Notes under the pieces: generated by a model | What the model was told of the DNA's origin: nothing | Database searches by the model: none | The model's input: only the letters and a program-made list of their open reading frames with translations | From: Candidatus Bathyarchaeota archaeon | GTDB lineage: Archaea > Thermoproteota > Bathyarchaeia > Bathyarchaeales > Bathycorpusculaceae | Length of the DNA: 64,000 nucleotides | Direction of reading: 5' to 3' | Assembly: GCA_963827165.1 (NCBI GenBank) | Contig: CAWGZR010000009.1 | Span: forward strand, 160,001-224,000 | Translations under genes and position numbers: made by a program | In this document: positions 62,207-64,000 of the stretch, piece after piece | How the letters are laid out: the number at the start of each line of letters is the position of its first letter | Numbering within the stretch: the stretch's first letter is position 1

Positions 62207-63113
62207 ATGGATTTATCACAAGAAATCCTCAGGCTTAAGAAGGAAAAAAAAGCCGTCATTTTGGCTCATAATTACCAAAGGCCAGAAATTCAGGATGTGG
62301 CTGATTACGTCGGCGACAGCATCGAGCTAAGCCGCAAGGCAGTCGAGGAGAAAAATGCGGAAATGATTGTTTTCTCAGCTGTGGATTTCATGGCTGAATC
62401 CGCCGCGATTTTAAATCCTAGGCAAGAAGGTTCTTTTGCCCTGCCTGGGCGCACGTTGCCCAATGGCGCAGATGCTCACAGTCGATGAGATAAAACGCGC
62501 CAAAAAACTGTATCCGAAAGCGCCCGTGGTACTTTATGTTAACACTTTGGCTGTGTGCAAAGCGCAGTGTGATATATGCTGCACCAGCGCTAACGCCGTT
62601 GAAGTAATAAAAAGCCTCGACCAAGAAACCATTCTATTCGGACCTGACAAAAACCTCGCCGAATATGTTTCAGAAAAAACAGGCAAAACCCTAATTCCGA
62701 TTCCAGAAAATGGGTTCTGCCCGACCCACTTGCTCTTCCAACCTGAAGACGTCAAAGTACTAAAAATTGAGCATCCATACGCAACCGTCATGGTTCACCC
62801 CGAATGTAGCTCGGAAATGCGCAAAGTCGCAGACTACGTCGGAAGCACCTCGAAAATGTGCCGTTTCGCCAAAGAATCCAGTTCCAAAGAATTCATCGTA
62901 GGCACTGAAGAAGGCATCCTGCATCGCCTCCGCAACGAAAACCCAAACAAGAACTTTTTCCTTGCTTACGAAGGTGCCATCTGCCCGAACATGAAGCTGA
63001 CAAGGCTTGAACAACTATACGCGGCGCTGAAGGAAGAAAAGAACGTGGTTAAGGTTCCCCCAGCAATCGCGAAAAAGGCTCGCGCCTCGCTAGAACGTAT
63101 GTTCGAAGTTTAA
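62207..63113 (+). CDS. nadA: Quinolinate synthase, one frameshift near 62421
   Basis: LAHNYQ and FMAESA in the first frame; CPMA, YVNT, HPEC and CPNMK in the second. Confidence 0.9.
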
Positions 63114-63517
63114 ATGGTCACGATTGTTGTTTTGAGGATTTTTACTCCTCTTCTTGTGGTTAATTCGTCGCTTAGGTGTCGAATTTCTGAAGCTTTTCCC
63201 TTCACAGCTATGGCTTCGAGACAGTCTCGTTCGCTGATATGAATGTGCAGGGTGGAAGTGATTATTTTGGAGTGTTCATGCTGGGTTTCGGTTAAGTCGC
63301 TTTCTAAACCTATTGCGTCGTGATCATAAACCATCAAAATTACCCCTGTTTGCGGAGTGTCTTCTTCTTTGATCCATTTGCGCTCAGAAACATAAAGCCT
63401 AACGACATCTTGCAGGGCTTTGCTGCGGCTTTGGTAACCCATCTTCGCAGTTATCTCATCGAATTCCTTTAGAAGTTCAGGGGGAAAAGTTACGCCGACA
63501 CGAGTGACTTTAGACAT
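63110..63517 (-). CDS. nikR: Nickel-responsive regulator
   Basis: RHH N-terminus RVGVTFPPELL...SRSKA, plus YDH, QHEH and LHIH...CLE. Confidence 0.9.
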   Translation of the reverse strand: MSKVTRVGVTFPPELLKEFDEITAKMGYQSRSKALQDVVRLYVSERKWIKEEDTPQTGVILMVYDHDAIGLESDLTETQHEHSKIITSTLHIHISERDCLEAIAVKGKASEIRHLSDELTTRRGVKILKTTIVTI

Positions 63518-63694
63518 ATAGATCGCCTATTGACTGTTGGCGTCTTTTGCCTAAAAGCTTTTTAGGTTCTCGCCATAGACCGCTTCGTTTATACAAGACA
63601 ATCATATGCGATGCTATTTGCTATCCGCAGTAAAGACCAGAAGAGACGCACACAGCATTAACTCCTATGCCGCGAAGGAACAAAGCGACGTAAA

Positions 63695-64000
63695 ATGATA
63701 AACCCTCGCAAGCTGTCTTGCCTATTAATTGTAGTCTTGCTGGCAATTTCCGGATGCGCATCTTTTGTCCGTGCACAAACCGTGCAAACCCATCCCTTCA
63801 AAGACGATTTTGGTGACCGCGCAGAAATCAACCCTGCAGGAGTCAACGTATTTGCTTATGACATAAGCCAAAACGAGCAGAACGAACCTGACGGCGGATG
63901 GATCAGCGGCAATAGTTACCAAGTGAACTGGACCATAAGGCTGGACTACGTGAACCAAGACATGATCAGCGGCAAAAGCTACATCCTCTTCTATCTCCCG
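63695..64000 (+). CDS. Secreted hypothetical protein, 3' truncated
   Basis: MINPRKLSCLLIVVLLAISGCASFVRAQ... is open to the window end. Confidence 0.7.
   Translation, partial: MINPRKLSCLLIVVLLAISGCASFVRAQTVQTHPFKDDFGDRAEINPAGVNVFAYDISQNEQNEPDGGWISGNSYQVNWTIRLDYVNQDMISGKSYILFYLP

Noticed and set aside
62400-62440. Programmed frameshift in nadA
   Set aside because: No slippery heptamer is present. One extra base explains it, as for the other indels.

Overview
Archaeal chromosomal window. Gene content, TTG/GTG starts and the paralogous PQQ-like surface proteins point to Bathyarchaeia (inference). Housekeeping genes: class II HMG-CoA reductase, thpR-cca, acdB, mdh, pyrB, nop5-fibrillarin, tpiA, glycogen debranching enzyme, rnhB, galT, nadA and nikR. 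It also holds a type IV pilus locus (ATPase, TadC-like platform protein, five pilin-like proteins including one of about 1350 aa, and a prepilin peptidase), several membrane-anchored beta-propeller surface proteins, a VapBC pair with a disrupted toxin, and AT-rich islets of small Cys-rich ORFs. Four things stand out. (1) An ArsR-HTH + ATP-cone + class III ribonucleotide reductase-like fusion that lacks both the catalytic Cys and the glycyl-radical motif, a candidate dNTP-sensing regulator. (2) A TIGR02757/DUF2400-like HhH domain with an altered active-site motif fused to a PD-(D/E)XK-like nuclease. (3) A Nop5 with a repetitive GGERP tail. (4) Long hairpins upstream of both large surface-protein paralogs. 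Many single-base frameshifts, especially at about 10.9-14.6 kb, look like assembly errors. No tRNA, rRNA, CRISPR array or transposase was recognised.
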